In this document: positions 36,001 through 36,148 of the stretch, one piece after another
Layout: each line of letters starts with the position of its first letter
Position numbering within the stretch: position 1 is the stretch's first letter
Source of the DNA: Octopus bimaculoides
Lineage: Eukaryota
Reading direction: 5' to 3'
Assembly: GCF_001194135.2 (NCBI RefSeq)
Contig: NC_068982.1
Coordinates: forward strand, 153,969,182 to 154,005,329
Length of the DNA stretch: 36,148 nt
Notes under the pieces: generated by a model
What the model saw: only the letters and a program-made list of their open reading frames with translations
What the model was told of the DNA's origin: nothing
Database searches by the model: none
Program-made: the position numbers and the translations under genes

Positions 36001-36148
36001 GAGTGAGAGAGCAGTGCATGCCATCAAAGTGACACTGGGGTAAAATATACGAAGCCCATTATACCCATCATGACTACCCGTCTGATAAGGGTACACCAGG
36101 CATATGCATCACAACCATATGTGCGCGACATGGTGATCTCATATCAAG
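36001..36148 (-). mobile_element. Probable 3' end of another (AAT)n-tailed retroposon, continuing beyond the window
   Basis: Non-coding, GC-richer segment ending directly in the (AAT)n tract on the minus strand; family not determinable from this fragment. Confidence 0.45.

Overview
Eukaryotic, AT-rich, repeat-dense window. It is most consistent with a coleoid cephalopod (Octopus-like) genome, inferred from the very high microsatellite load and from tRNA-derived SINEs carrying CORE and Deu/Nin-like domains. No recognisable host gene, rRNA or CRISPR array is present, and most ORF-track entries are microsatellite or low-complexity artefacts. The supportable content is a set of decayed mobile elements: a HERO-type RLE retrotransposon 3' end, a CR1/L2-like LINE, an RTE 3' end, DD37D and DD34D Tc1/mariner remnants, three Penelope-like (PLE) fragments, a tiny LTR plus tRNA-Ser PBS remnant, two joined R4/Dong-type elements in TAA repeats, and about 11 SINEs. 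The most unusual items are (i) the edge of a 314-bp tandem repeat carrying a non-canonical tRNA-like cloverleaf with A/B boxes, a genomic CCA and an oligo-T, (ii) a mariner built from two 5' ends, (iii) a PLE with a long inverted pLTR and a partial hammerhead core, (iv) an amber codon shared by two diverged PLE copies, and (v) phase-compatible candidate exon chains on both strands (low confidence). TE boundaries and identities were estimated by eye and are approximate.
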